Positions 33,261 to 46,652 of a DNA stretch of 64,000 nucleotides are shown in pieces; position 1 is the stretch's first letter; every line of letters starts with the position of its first letter. Both the position numbers and the translations under genes were made by a program. Where the stretch lies: contig OX442314.1 in NCBI GenBank assembly GCA_949358305.1, forward strand, positions 32,302,001 to 32,366,000, read 5' to 3'. This DNA is from Strigamia acuminata. Lineage: Eukaryota. Under the pieces are notes generated by a model. It did no database searches, was not told the origin of the DNA, and worked only from the letters and a program-made list of their open reading frames with translations.

Positions 33261-36200
33261 GACTTGGATTCCTACATATTAATCAATTATTATTATTATT
33301 ATTATTATTATATTAAAAGACGACAAAGTGTGGATGAATGACCAGGAAAAATCACCCAAAAAAACCCTCCCGATATACAAAATAAAATGATATTCCGGTT
33401 ATTCTAACCTCTGGCCATGTGAATTTAACTTCTCACTCGTATATTAATAAAATTTTTCACTTTTTATTTCATCTTTTTTTTTTCTTCTTTCTCTGTGTGT
33501 GTGCACCCACCATTTATCCTCCTCTCTTAAATACCTTTCATAATTTTTTCAACCCTCGTAAAAAAGAGTAACGAGACCTTGGATCCTTCCTTGACATCGA
33601 TAGAACGTTTTTTTAAAAAATTAAAAGCACAAAAAAACCAAACAACAAAAAAAAAACGCATCCAAAAAAACGAAACGACCTTTTACCATCACACTTCTGC
33701 AGCATGCAGCGAACTCTAACACAGGTCCAAAAAGCACGAAGAAATAAAAAATAAAAAATCTAAAAAATTTAATTTCATCCTTCAAAAGTCTCTTTTCAGT
33801 TGCTAAGGTTGAAACCACGAGGTAAACGACAGGTCAACGAGTGTTTCCAACCATTTCTAAACGTGCACTCACTTCTCCCCACACCCAAAACTCAACGAAC
33901 AAATCAACGAAAAATTTCGTTCCAAATTGGGTCACGTCTCAACCCATTTTTTTTTCCCTTCTTCCTTTTTTTTATATTTATTTCTCTCACTCTTGAAGCG
34001 TGTAAAAACCAATTACAGGCAAGATAGGGGACTCCATCGTCGATTCAAGGCCAAGGTCATAATCCCATTGTACTAAATATTATTATAAACAAGAGCTCGT
34101 GTTTGAAATTCATTGTATTTTGCGTTTTATTGACGCGCGTTCGATTACACAACGTGTATTGTCTGCGCGGAATGTCGACAACGAGTAAAACAACGCTCGA
34201 TTCGCTCTAAATTTAAATCCAAAGTGAAATGAAACCGTTGATTGACCCGAAGCAGATGCGAAACCACATGGGGGACCTTGAATGCGGGGCCAGAGAGGTA
34301 AGAGGCGGAGCAACTCATCACATCACCTCCGTCCTTGTCATTCATCGATCCCTTTGCATCCCTTTGGATCCCTTTGCACCCTTTGCACCCAACCCATGTG
34401 CGCGCAGCGGTGGTCGTCCCTCGTGTTTAAATAAAGAAAAAGTCGTTTGATTTTTATTTTTTTTGACCTCGGACATGCGATACGGTTGAAAGGTCACGTG
34501 GGGTCAGTGGTACGACGTATCTGCGGTTTTCACACGATGATTAAATCTCGTTTTAGGCTTATGTGTCAAAATTTAATTCTATAAACTGATTTTTCGGTGC
34601 AAGTCCGGAAGTATTTCAGCCTACTGACCTAGAAATCTATTAAAAAAATAAATAGATATGTTTTTTTTTTTTTTTTTTTTTAAATAAAAAGTGTCGTGAA
34701 ATCTCTTCGTGTGTCATTCACACAAATTCCAGTTCGGTTGTGTGACGCGATCGAAGAGAGAAAATGGCGGAAGATGATGTTGGAATGAAGCAGATTTGTC
34801 GTTTTAGTTTACGGATTTTGTGCTTCCGCGTGCACATTCCACGAATTTACGGTGGATCTGGTTCGAATCGGTTTCGGATTTGGGTCAAAAAGAGGTTTCT
34901 AACGAGCCAAAACGAACACGGTTTAAGTGTTTTACGATGTACGCGCCGTCGTAAACAACTGCGCGGGAAACTCCGTCGCGAAATCCGTCGAATTTATTAA
35001 ACTTATCGTGTTTAACCATTAAAATAACGATTTGTATCGATAAATAAGGCTTCCCCGATGTCGTCGGGTTTACAAAATCACAATCTAAACGCCAATTTGA
35101 TAGATTTTCGTCTATTTTTCTCATTTTCTCGATCGACTCCATTTTATTTGTGCTTTTAAGATAGGGCTTTGCAGCGAAGCCGCCATCGAGCGGAGTTTTA
35201 ACGACACCTTGTTGCCGGTTTGTTCGATGCACTCGCTTCCGTTTCAGCGTTTTCCACTTGACCAGACTACTGTTTTAATTCCTCATAACACTGACCCCCT
35301 CTTTTAATCCTTTGGACACTGTGTGAATGGGTCTCGAAGGTCAGTGACACGAACCACACCCTTTTCTGTCCCTTTTCCACGCCGATTCTCACCTGCTTGA
35401 AAAAGGACGGGTTGGGCCGAGGGTTGGGCAAACCGCCGACACAAACGCCGCACTAGGAGCGCAAAAAGGTCATTCAGAATGACCCCCACAACGCTGCGGT
35501 CGGTGACCGGTAAACAGGGGATGGAAAAACCGACGGTGAGGCCAATGGACTCACTCACTGGCCACTAGGAAAATAAATTTCCAAAAAAAAAATTATAAAT
35601 ATAAAAAAAAAAATTTATAAAAAAAAATTATATTATTAAAAAATTTCTCCTTGAGGTTTTTTTGTCGCTAAAATTGTTTTTTTGTCGTTGGAAGTCGGTT
35701 CGGACGCTCCACCCCGCGATTAATCGCGTTTCGGGATGGATTTGGCGGTTGCCATGCCAACGGATGATTATTAGCCCGAAATACGAATTTGTCGTTAATC
35801 TGACATTGCTTTTTGACCTTAAGAGATTAAATTTTAATGATTTTTATTTTTTTATTTTTAAATTGAGTTTAAGGTACTTCTCCACACCCATTCAGCATTC
35901 GCGTTTCGGCGAGACACAAACGCGAGTTGCGTTGGCATTGGGGCAATGAAATATTGTCAAAAGGTATGTAACGTACAAGGTGACTTTTCATTTTGTTTTT
36001 GGACCCCCGGGCGCTCGTTTTCTTTTAAAAAAAAAAATTTGGAAGTGAAAAAAAATTTATTATATTCACTGCACAGTTTTTTTTTTGCAGTTTTTTTTAT
36101 TTTTTTGGATTGTTGCAAAAAAATTTTAATTTTTTTTTGTTGCGATTTTTTTGCGTTGTAAATTTTGTTTCATGGCAAACAAGTTGTAGAGTGTTATGAA

Positions 36201-36419
36201 GAAGAAAAAGTGAGAAAAAAAATATATATAAAGGGGCTTTCGTTGTTTTGAGGTTTTTGTGTTTGCAGAGGACAAAAACATGTGCAAAGACAATACAGGT
36301 AAAACTGTGGGAGCGGGAGCCGACCGCCATGTTTATTTTTAGCAACGTAAAGTGGTTAAAACAGCGTGTAATCAGCAGGGGGAATTTACAACCTTGTAAA
36401 AATCAGTGTAAAATGTATT

Positions 36420-37305
36420 AGAGAATCGAAACAACACTCCCGAGTGGCAATAAATCAAAATAAATCAAAACAAATCGAAAAAAATCGAAAATCGACGTAA
36501 AATGTACTAGAAAATCGAAAATCGACGTAAAATGTACTAAAAAAAATCGAAAATCGACGTAAAATGCACTAGAAAATTGAAAATTGACGTAAAATGTACT
36601 AGAAAATCGAAAATTGACGTAAAATGTACTAGAGAAAATCGAAAATCGACGTAAAATGCACTAGAAAATCGAAAATTGACGTAAAATGTACTAGAAAATC
36701 GAAAATTGACGTAAAATGTACTAGAAAATCGAAAATTGACGTAAAATGTACTAGAGAAAATCGAAAATCGACGTAAAATGCACTAGAAAATCGAAAATTG
36801 ACGTAAAATGTACTAGAAAATCGAAAATCGACGTAAAATGTAGTAGAAAATCGAAAATCGACGTAAAATGTACTAGAGAAAATCGAAAATCGACGTAAAA
36901 TGCACTAGAAAATCGAAAATCGACGTAAAACGTACTAGAAAATCGAAAATCGACGTAAAATGTACTAAAAAATCGAAAACCGACGTAAAATGCACTAGAA
37001 AATCAAAAATCAACGTAAAATGTACTAGAAAATCGAAACAACACTCCCAAAGACACAATAAATCAAAACAAATCGAAAAAAAATCAAAAATCGACGTAAA
37101 ATGTACTAGAAAATCGAAAATCGACGTAAAATGTACTAGAAAATCGAAAATCGACGTAAAATGTACTAGAGAAAACCGAAAATCGACGTAAAATGCACTA
37201 GAAAATCAAAAATCGACGTAAAATGTACTAAAGAAAATCGAAAATCGACGTAAAATGTACTAGAAAATCGAAACAACACTACCAAAGACACAATAAATCA
37301 AAACA
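36420..37305. repeat. 30/32-bp minisatellite (AAAATCGAAAATCGACGTAAAATGTACTAG)n with a thrice-repeated punctuating unit
   Basis: Read directly; AATCGAAACAACACT..CAATAAATCAAAA recurs at about 36424, 37031 and 37266. Confidence 0.9.
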
Positions 37306-38404
37306 AACCACAAAAAATCCCACAATCATTCTTCGCCGAACTAACCAAATCGACATTTACTCGATTTACAGTGAAACATGATTCAGCAAACGAGTCTCGA
37401 CCAAGGCTACACAAATTCGCCGAACCACCACGCCATGATTACCCACATGCACCCAAACACAAACTAAGTGTTAATTCCCACCTTGTCAACTCCATATTCT
37501 CCAATAATAAAAACACACGAACAGCCCACAAAGAACGACCCTGAAAAAAGAAAAGAAAAACCCGCGCCACGATACCAGATTAATTTAATTTCTCCCCTAT
37601 TCTATATTTATACAATTTCTCCACAAAAAAAAAAAAAAAGAAAAGAAATCTCCCTCTCCACCCCATGTATTCTCTCTTGACGCATTGCCATTAAACTCAC
37701 GGCAGATGCAGACAGCGGCAGACATTGAGCTGTTATTGCACGTGTGTATTTTGAAGGCCAAGGTCGTGAGTGTCGCTCACCAGGTGCGCGGCTGCGCGCC
37801 GCCCTCATCGGCCGATTTTCCCCGAAGAATGAGGCGCCATGAATCTCGGGTGGACAGCGAAATAAAAGGAAGTTTGCAGAAAACAGCCAAAAATAGAGTT
37901 TTCACTTGTTTACTCCGCAAACCCCAACACACAACACAAGACGGGGGGAGAGGGAGACACGCTGAGGGTGGGAAATTGCGTTACGGCGTTTCGCGTTGGT
38001 TTTTGGTGACCCCGGACACTTTCCCCAGTTGGAGAAGTTGTATAAATGTGGGTTGCGTTACTTGCGTACTTGCGTAGGTGAGTGAAGGGTTAGTAGGTGG
38101 TTTTTCGCGGGGTTTTTAAGCCTTAAACGCGAGTTTTACGACCAAATAAGCCTTTGTTCACAGCTGAAAGGAGTTATAAACTGGTCCCCTTTGGTGCATA
38201 CCCCTTTCAATACATGTTGATTCTCACGAGACTTTACCCCTTTGCATTTGCCTGCTAGGTTTTTTTTCTTTTGCTTGTTTAAAGTGGCTGGGAGAGAGGG
38301 TGGTGGGGGGATTTTGACCTTGGCAGAAGAGTGGAGGATCCCCAATTGCGGCCCAGACCTTGTGTTAGTTCCACAGTCTGTTTTTCCCGCTTGAAAATTT
38401 AGAA

Positions 38405-38435
<31 letters not shown>

Positions 38436-38899
38436 AATGGAATTTTGTTTTGGAATGTACATTTTCGTTTTATTCAAAAATATTGAAAAATATAAATCGA
38501 CAAATTAGAATGTCACAATTAATAATAATAATACAAATAATTAATTCATAATAATTATTATATACAAATAATATCCTGCACCCAGTTCAGGGATATATAA
38601 AAAAATCAATAATATATTTATTACATATATAAATTTATATAAAAATGGGGGGTGGTGGGATAATAATAATAATTAATTAATAATAATAATAAAAAAAAAT
38701 CACAATTTAACAATATAATTATATATTTCGGTGGCTTTCTTCATTGTATAAAAAAAAACAAAAAAAAAATCAACTGTACAAAAGAAACAAATCGAAAGAA
38801 CAAAAATGGACGGATAAATCGACCTCTTTCCATCAAAAAGGCAAGACATGGCGAATTATGCGACATCAGACGTCAAAAACTCAATCTTAGATCGAATCT

Positions 38900-41800
38900 T
38901 CAATCCCCACGTTCCAAAAGTCGCAACCTAATAGGCTCCGACGGCGTCGCGACCATCCTCAACGTGATATCCACCTCTTGTTCATTCGCCGACTCGATAT
39001 CGAAATGACGCACAGCCTAAACCACAAAAAATAAAAAAATCCACATAAATAAAAAATAAAAAAAATCATCAACACAACAACAACTTAGGGGTTAATGTGT
39101 GTCTGGGGCATCGCCGGATGCCCTTGACAAAACCCCGTCTAAGACGCAACTTCCGCGAATGCCAAGGACGCGTGGCATCCTAACCTACTTCGTCCAAGGT
39201 CGACAAATGAACCGAACAAAAAGGCACCAATTAAAACATTCGCCAGCACGCACACATGGCCCCACTTAGCATGCAGCGCGGGGTGGCCCAACCCGCGATT
39301 CACGCGCATAATCCTTTGAATCCGTCTCGTTTCCTCCTAATCCGGCCTGAAAGAGTTGGGGGACCCCATTTAAAACTCCCCCTTTAGGCCTTTTCTCTTT
39401 TTCTCTCTCTCGAATTTTTTTTTTCTCTCTTCTCTCATCCACTTGACCAGTTGGGGCGTCGGGGGGGCGCCGTCCCGCCCTGGGTTCCTCACTCAGTGTC
39501 CTCCTGGCCACGAAACCCGTTGCCACCATCATGCGAACTTGCAGCGATAGGATTAGACGTCTATTCAAGACGAGCAGAGCAAAAGAGGAAGGAAGAAAAA
39601 AATTGGAGAAAAGAAAAGAGGAAAAAAACGGAGAACAGAAGAGGCCAAAGAGAAAAAGATCCCCGCTGTTCCTCCTCACTCCTTCTTTTCCCCTTCCCTT
39701 CTTTTCTTTTCTTTGCTTTTCTTGTTTTTTTTTTCCTTTTTCTTTTGCATATCCTCGGTGATTATCCCTCACTCAAAGAGATTTCGGTTTTTACGCGAAA
39801 CTATGCGCGCGCTTTCAATGCGACGTCTCTTTTCTCTCCCTTTTCCTTTTTGCTCCCGCCAGAGTGGCTCCAATTAGGCCTAACCAGACATTTTTTTTTT
39901 TTTTTTTTTTTGGGTTACCCCTCTCACCCTTTTTTTTTGTCGGTGTAAGACGAACCCTTTTAATACTTGGAGTTTTTTTTTTTTTTTTTTTTTTTTTAAC
40001 TCTTCCGCGGGATCGTGATTGGGGATGCCACCAAACGGGTTTGTCATTGGGGGGTGGGGAGGACAGTGCCAACATGAGAGGGAAGAGAAAGAGAGAAGTG
40101 AAGTGGATTTGTGTATACGTGTCGAAGGACAACCCGTTTATTCTCATCTGATAAAGGAGTTCAAAGGAAATGGCGAAAAATAATTTTTTTTTTTTTTTAA
40201 TCGAGTTTCAACGAAGTTTCGAGATGTGATCACCGAGTTTTAAGACTTTGGGTTTGAACCAGGGCCGGGTTGGGTTCTTTTCGGGCCCCTGTTGCATAAA
40301 TTAAGCGTGCGTAATTATTGTTCGGTCTAAAATTGAATTTTTGGCTTTAAAAGTGGATTTTTTGGCCTAAAATTCGGATTTTTTGGCCTAAAATTCGGAT
40401 TTTTTAGCATAAAATTGTATCTATTGGCCTAAATTTTGGAATTTTTGGGCTAAAATTGGATTTAATGGCCTAAAATTGGATTTTATGGCCTAAAATTTGG
40501 ATTTTATAGCCTAAAATTGGATTTTATGGCCTAAAATTTGGATTTTATAGCCTAAAATTGGATTTTATGGCCTAAAATTTGGATTTTATAGTCTAAAATT
40601 AGTTTTTTTGGGCTTAAAATTGAATTTTTTTGTCTAGTCATTAATATTTTTGCCTAAAATTGGATGTTTGGGCCTAAACATATTTTTCTTTTAGCCTAAA
40701 ATAATTTTTTAATGCTCCAAAATCGTTTATTTTGTCAAACCATCAATTTTTAAGCCTAAAATTAATTTCTCGACCAATAACTGAATTTTTTTAACCGTTC
40801 CCACCTCACAATTCCCCCACCTTCCACCATTACTAAAAACCCAAAACTTCATCTCACCTGTGCTAAAAGCAGATACATCTGCGTCTCCGCGATCCTTCGC
40901 CCAATGCACGACCGCGTGCCCGATCCGAACGGCAGCGAAGCGTGCGTCGGCGCGCTGGTCGTCGCCGTCGAGCCGGGAAGCCACCTTTCCGGCAAAAACT
41001 GATCCGGCTGCTCAAAATACTCCGCATCTCGACCGGTTGTGTACATGGACATGAGAACTAATTTCTACGTAGAAAAAAAAAAATGTATAAATAACCAAGT
41101 TTAAAAACCAAAACGTGTTTTCGCCTCCTATTTAACGGTCCAAGGCGTGGTCACTTACCCCTTTGGGCACTTTGTACCCTCCAAGGACGACGTCGTCCGT
41201 GAGGATGCGCGTGAGGAACGGAGCCACCGGGTACATGCGCAGCGCTTCCTTGACGATGGCGCGCGCGTACGGCAGACGACACAGTTTGTCGTACGTGATT
41301 TCTTCGTCTTTCGGGATGACGTCGTCGATCTCTTGGCGCAGTTGTTGTTGACATTTCGGGTTTTTGGCCAGCAGGTGTAGCGCCCATTGGGTCGAATGCG
41401 ACGTCTGGAGGTGGAAAGAGAAATTTGTTATTTTGGATTTTTATTTTTTTTTTGGGTTTTTTTGGATTTTTATTTTTAAGTTGGTTGAGATGGAATGCGG
41501 AAGAGGACGCGCGTGACACGAGGGAAGGCTGGAGGGGCGGAGTGGTTGATTGATTGCGTAAGGTGCACTTTCACGGTGGAGATTTGGAGTGTGTGGGGGA
41601 ATGTGCTTACCGTGTCTGCGGCGGCGAGGAAGAGGTCGGTGACGATTCGGACGAGTTCTTCTTCTTCGATTTTGTCTTCGAGGAGGAGTTTGGCGAGGAG
41701 GCCGTCGACTGGTTCGCTCGTTTCGGCTTTGACGACGATCTCGCGGATTTTGTTTTCAACTAAACTGCGAGCTGCGAGTGGAGAGAAATGGTGGATTTGT

Positions 41801-44112
41801 TAGTTTGTGAAAATAATAATGAGAATGTTTTCAAAAAATTGCAAAAATCGAGAAAATTTTCAAAAAATTGCAAAAATCGAGAAAATTTTCAAAAAATTTC
41901 AAAAATCGAGAAAATTTTCAAAAAATTGCAAAAATCGAGAAAATTTTCAAAAAATTGCAAAAATCGAGAAAATTTTCAAAAAATTGCAAAAATCGAGAAA
42001 ATTTTCAAAAAATTGCAAAAATCGAGAAAATTTTTAAAAAATTGCAAAAATCGAGAAAATTTCGATTTAAAAATGTGAAAATTCCTAAAAATTAAGAAAA
42101 TTCGATTCAGAAATTCATAAAAATTGAGAAAATTGAATCGAAAAAATACAAAAAACTAAAAAAATCAAGAAAATTCGATCAAGAAATTCAAAAAAACTAA
42201 AAAAAATCGAGAAAATTTAATCCAAAAAATTAAAAAACTAAAAAAATGAAGAAAATTGAATTCAAAAAACTGAAAAAATTCAATCGTGAAAATTCAGTAA
42301 AAAAAAAAAAATATTCTCAAAAAATTTCCTTAATTTAGAAATTAAATTCTAAAGTGTATTTTTTCCTTACCTATCGTTAGTGCCGACGTGACAGCCGTGT
42401 GGAACCTCTTCCACACATTCAAGTTGAGGTAATAAGCCAACCTCGGTGGCACTGTGGTCATTTTGGCTGATTCCACGAAGATCTGTTGAACGCTTTGCAC
42501 GAACGTGTGAATTTCGTCGTCCACAACGGGTGGGTTCACCCCCGAACTCACGCACCCCATGCGTCGGCCAAAAATAAAATCACCCAAACCTAAAAAAAAA
42601 AAAAAATATAAAATAATTAAATCAACTAAAAAAAAAAAATTAATTTTTTTATTTTAAAGAGTGAAAGTGTTGTGGGGGCAGAGCAGAGTGTTGATCCTGT
42701 GAAACGCGGAAGTGGAGGGTGTGCAACATTCCGTCCCGCGGGCCACAGGTGAAGGTCGATGCACGTCACTTTCTCTGCTCTGCATCTGCTCATCCGCTCC
42801 ACAGTCCACACCCTCGCTCTCTCTCTGTCTGTTGAAAGCTCGTTTGAAGGGAAAATGAAACTTACATTCGATCGACCAGTTGTAGAGTTCCCGCTCCAAG
42901 TCGGGCACTTCCAGACGCCCCGGTTCACGCAACTCTTTCCAACGATGCATCAAATCCTCGGTGATGTTGACAAAGTCTTCAACGTGGTCGGAAATAGCGG
43001 AACGTCGGAGAAATACTTTGTTCAACGCCCGTCTTCGTGCCCTCCAAAGCGGCCCGTTCCTGTGAAATAATTCGAAAAAATGTCAAAATAAATTCAAAAA
43101 ATGTCAAAAAAATGTCAAAAAATTTAAAATAAATTCAAAAAATTCAAAATAAATTCAAAAAATTCAAAATAAATTCAAAAAATGTCAAAAAAAGTCAAAA
43201 AAAGTCAAGAAAAGCTAGAAAATTCAATTAGAATTCAAAAGAATTCAAAAAATCAAGAAAATTCAATCAAAAATTCAAAATATTTCAAAAAATTTCAAAA
43301 AAAGTAAAAAAAAGCAAGAAAATTCAATTAAAATTCAAAAAAAGCAAGAAAATTCAATTAAAATTCAAAAGACTTCAAAAAATTAAGAAAAATCAATAAA
43401 AAATTCAAAACAATTCAAAACAAAATTCTAAAACTTAAGAAAATTTTTAAAAAATTTAAGCAATAATTCAATGAAAAAAAATCAAGAAAGTTAAATTTAA
43501 AACAGAAAACCAAAAAAATCCAATTTCTACTCACATGAAAAACAAACCACGTTCATTCCCAGTCGTTTCATTATAAATCGTCCACGGCTCCGGGATGAGA
43601 TGTTCCGGATATTTGCCCTCAGTCGCGAACACCTGTTTGATAATCGCCGCATCAGACACGAACACCGCCTCCAACGACCCGAGCGACTCGCAGTAGATCG
43701 GCCCCAACTCCTTATGCCGCCGATCGCAATACAAATGAATCTTCGGCGCCGCCCCGCTCCGAATCAAATCAAACAGCGTGCCCACGACCGGCAGCCCCTT
43801 CGGTCTCGGCATCTTCCCGAACGACTGCGGCCGCTTCACCGCCCCGTCCGTCTGCTTCTTCCCACCGACCGCCTTCAGACTCTCCTCCACCGGCTTCCCG
43901 AACTTGAAATGCCCGCTGAACGGGCACTTGGCCGGCCCGCGCGGCGACGACGGCGGCGAATTAAAATGGCCGAGCAGCTCGGCCGCCAATTTCTCATTCT
44001 CCGGCTGCTGCAGCTGCGACCGGGCGAGCGGCAACGTCACGATCTTGCCCACCTGTTGCAGCGTCATGAGCAACAGCTTGTACGGCGTGAACTCGTTAGA
44101 TTTCGCTGCCAT
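38900..44112 (-). CDS. CYP315A1: Cytochrome P450 CYP315A1 (shadow), mitochondrial-clan ecdysteroid 2-hydroxylase
   Basis: Exons 44112-43535, 43059-42866, 42589-42371, 41771-41611, 41404-41159, 41064-40858, 39016-38900 are in phase. Motifs: PRPKGLPVVG, RHKELGPIY, IPEPWTIYN...RGLFFM, LYNWSIE, I-helix LAAADTT, K-helix KEALRMYPVAPFLTR, MSMYTTGRD...PERW, heme loop PFGSGTRSCIG. These resemble shadow more than other mitochondrial-clan P450s. Confidence 0.88.
40330..40620. repeat. 20-21-bp degenerate minisatellite (GGCCTAAAATTGGATTTTAT)n
   Basis: Read directly; in a CYP315A1 intron. Confidence 0.8.
41825..42062. repeat. 29-bp minisatellite (AAAATTTTCAAAAAATTGCAAAAATCGAG)n
   Basis: About 8 units; source of the repetitive ORFs at 41788-42095. 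Confidence 0.9.
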
Positions 44113-44216
44113 CGATAACAACAATAACAAATAAAACAAAACGCGTGATTTTCTCCCGCAGTGTCACCCGTTTGTCGACGTTGCTCTCAATGTGCACGAG
44201 TGCCTCGCACACGCGC

Positions 44217-44223
44217 TTTTATA
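44217..44223 (-). promoter_or_regulatory. Candidate TATA box of CYP315A1
   Basis: Minus-strand TATAAAA in GC-rich context about 105 nt upstream of the ATG; CATT (Inr-like) about 32 nt downstream. Confidence 0.55.
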
Positions 44224-46652
44224 CGCTCTCGTGGCTTGTTCGGCGAGCATCACGCGCGCCGCTCTCTGCCCCGAGAGGGCCTCGAGCGAGGCATTCGCAG
44301 CGCGCGCACAGGCTCCTCCCTCCCCGCCCCACCAACCACCGAGGCCGGCCTAAACGCCGGCTCCCTCTCTGCGCGCACAGGTATCCACAAAAACCTGCGA
44401 GGGGACTCGTCGGGCACACGTCCGAGGGGTTTGACGCTCCCCTTGCGTTCGGTTCGTCCGAGTTTGACAGTTTTTTTGAGTGGGAAAAATTAAAATTTGG
44501 CGTTTTGGGGTTTTGGGCCGCGTCAGGTGTGCGTTTGAGTGGGATTTGGGGGTTCGTGGGGACCCCTGGAGTGAGGGAACATTTTTGTGCCTGGGAGAAA
44601 TTAATTAGTGGTGGAATAATGGGTGGAGGGGGCCCCTGGGGTGCGGGGGGCCCTTTTTTCTGGGCACGTGCCTAATGCGTTTTGTGGGTAATCCGCGGAT
44701 TTTTCAGGTGGTTGCAAATTCGGAATGGAATGACGTGATGTTGCTATATTTGTGGCAGGGGCGAATTTCACGTTCCGAAGTCGGGTTCGGGGTTTAATTA
44801 GTGTCTGATTTGATGATTTTTGATATAAATTGAATGTCGTTTTTTAATTTTTTAATTTTTTGGGATTTTTTTTATTTTTTGTGGTAGCCTAAATTTAATA
44901 TTTTTTTTTTTATTATTTTTTTTTTCTAAAAATTTTAATTTATTAATTAGTGAGTCATTTTTTGGTTGTTTTTTTAAAAATGCGAAGTTGTCTGATGGAA
45001 TTTGTGGCTTATCGTTTTAATTAAAACGATATATGTGACAACTGCACTTTAGTCTCGTCTCCAAAATTCCATCGTGTGTAAATCAAGTGTTTTTTTTTAG
45101 TTTTTTTTATTTTTTTAGATCGAAAAATCGTTTTTCGTGATGTAATAAATCGTTTGTGCGTTTTAACAATTTCGTATTTCGTTCGTGGCTACGTCAATCC
45201 GTGACCTCGCCATCTAGTGAGCAGCGCAGCAAATCAAGCAGAAAAACAAAAATAACATAAAAATAACTTATTTTTAGCATCCACATAAAATTTTAACATC
45301 CAAAATCCTTTATGTCTCCAGACACCACAATATCCAAGGACAAACCGAATTTCCATCGACGATATGGTTGCGTAATTTAAACAATAAACGAGTCGAAATA
45401 AAAACATCTATTCGCGTTTTATTACAGGAAATCGTCGAAATAAAAACAAAAAACCGACACATTGCACAAAAATTAAAATTCCCCCGCATGTTACAGTAAT
45501 CCAAGCAAGAAAACATCCGATAAAACCACGCAACAAGCAACAAATTACGACAAGATAGTGAAAGTTGTTCTAATCTCTGCCCCCGCCATTGAAATCGCGC
45601 GGATAAATTCCCAAAAAATTTCCATTTTCTCACTCTCGTTCGCTATTTTTAGTCCACTCAGGTGGCATCCGGACTCCACCTTCGATCCCAACGAATGTCC
45701 AAGGCCTCCCGATGGTCATCGAGTCCAGAAATAAATCAAAAATCAAAAAAAAGTAAATAAAAAATGGTCGTTATGCCAACGACAATCGGAACGAGAGATC
45801 GGAATCTAAAAGTACAAAGACCGCTTTCGTTTTCACTTTTGAACTTGTTGCTTTTGATTTCGGTTTCAAGGTGACTCTATCTGTGAGTGGACAGTTTACA
45901 ATTTCAATGTCAATTTTTAGTTCAGGGTCGCTGGAGGTTTTCTGCGACACGTAATGGCGGACATCCAACGGGAAAATCCTTTACAACGAAGGCCGCGAGT
46001 GGCACAGTTAAATCGCATCGTCTGTGGAGTTGTAAGGAAATTACACACATTATAAGCGAATAAATTAAAACAGCAAGTTGCAATTAAATTTTTTTGCCCT
46101 TCCTCGTAATTATTGGAACAAAAAATAAAAGGGTTAAAAACTTGATCTTTTTTTGTGCGTGTTTTTATTGTTTTTTCCTTTTTTTTTTCTCGTGTGGAAA
46201 ATGCGTGGGAATTTTAGATGGACGAAATGAGGTCGTCCAATGTTATTCCATCCCAGGCAGCATCCAATCGAGTGAATAATAAATAAATGTTTGAATTTTA
46301 CGTTTTATTCGTGGGGAATTGAGATAAAAGACGATTTTTGTACACGCAATTATTTATTTTTGTATTTTGTATTGCATTTTATTATGTTTTTCTGTTTGAA
46401 TAAATAAATTTTGCATTTTATTCGTGGGGAATTGAGATAAAGGAGAATTTCTGTGCACAAAAATGTTTATTTTCTGTATTTTTAATGCATTTTTCTGTAT
46501 ATTTTTTTTTTGGGATTATTTATTGTAGTTAACAGAGGAGGAAAGTTGGTCAGCCAAGCCAAATGAAAAAAACACTTGCCTTGCAAACATCCGGTTGTTG
46601 TACCGTGAATATTTGCATAAATTTAGCTTGGTGGGATTCGGTTTGCAGAGAT

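Noticed and set aside
30060..35250. Possible extra gene between the Knickkopf/Skeletor gene and shadow (donor-like AG|GTAAGA near 30396; CCGGAAGT and AAAATGGCGG near 34606-34770)
   Set aside because: No chain of in-phase exons or recognisable protein; at most a non-coding promoter.
36420..37305. Regular about 30-bp repeats resembling a CRISPR array
   Set aside because: Units are contiguous with no unique spacers, there are no cas genes, and the context is eukaryotic.
39266..40151. Lys-rich and Phe-rich ORFs up to 168 aa
   Set aside because: Low-complexity purine/pyrimidine tracts in the last CYP315A1 intron.
43600..44675. Plus-strand ORFs of 110-176 aa
   Set aside because: Antisense to CYP315A1 exon 1 and its GC-rich promoter; no homology recognised.
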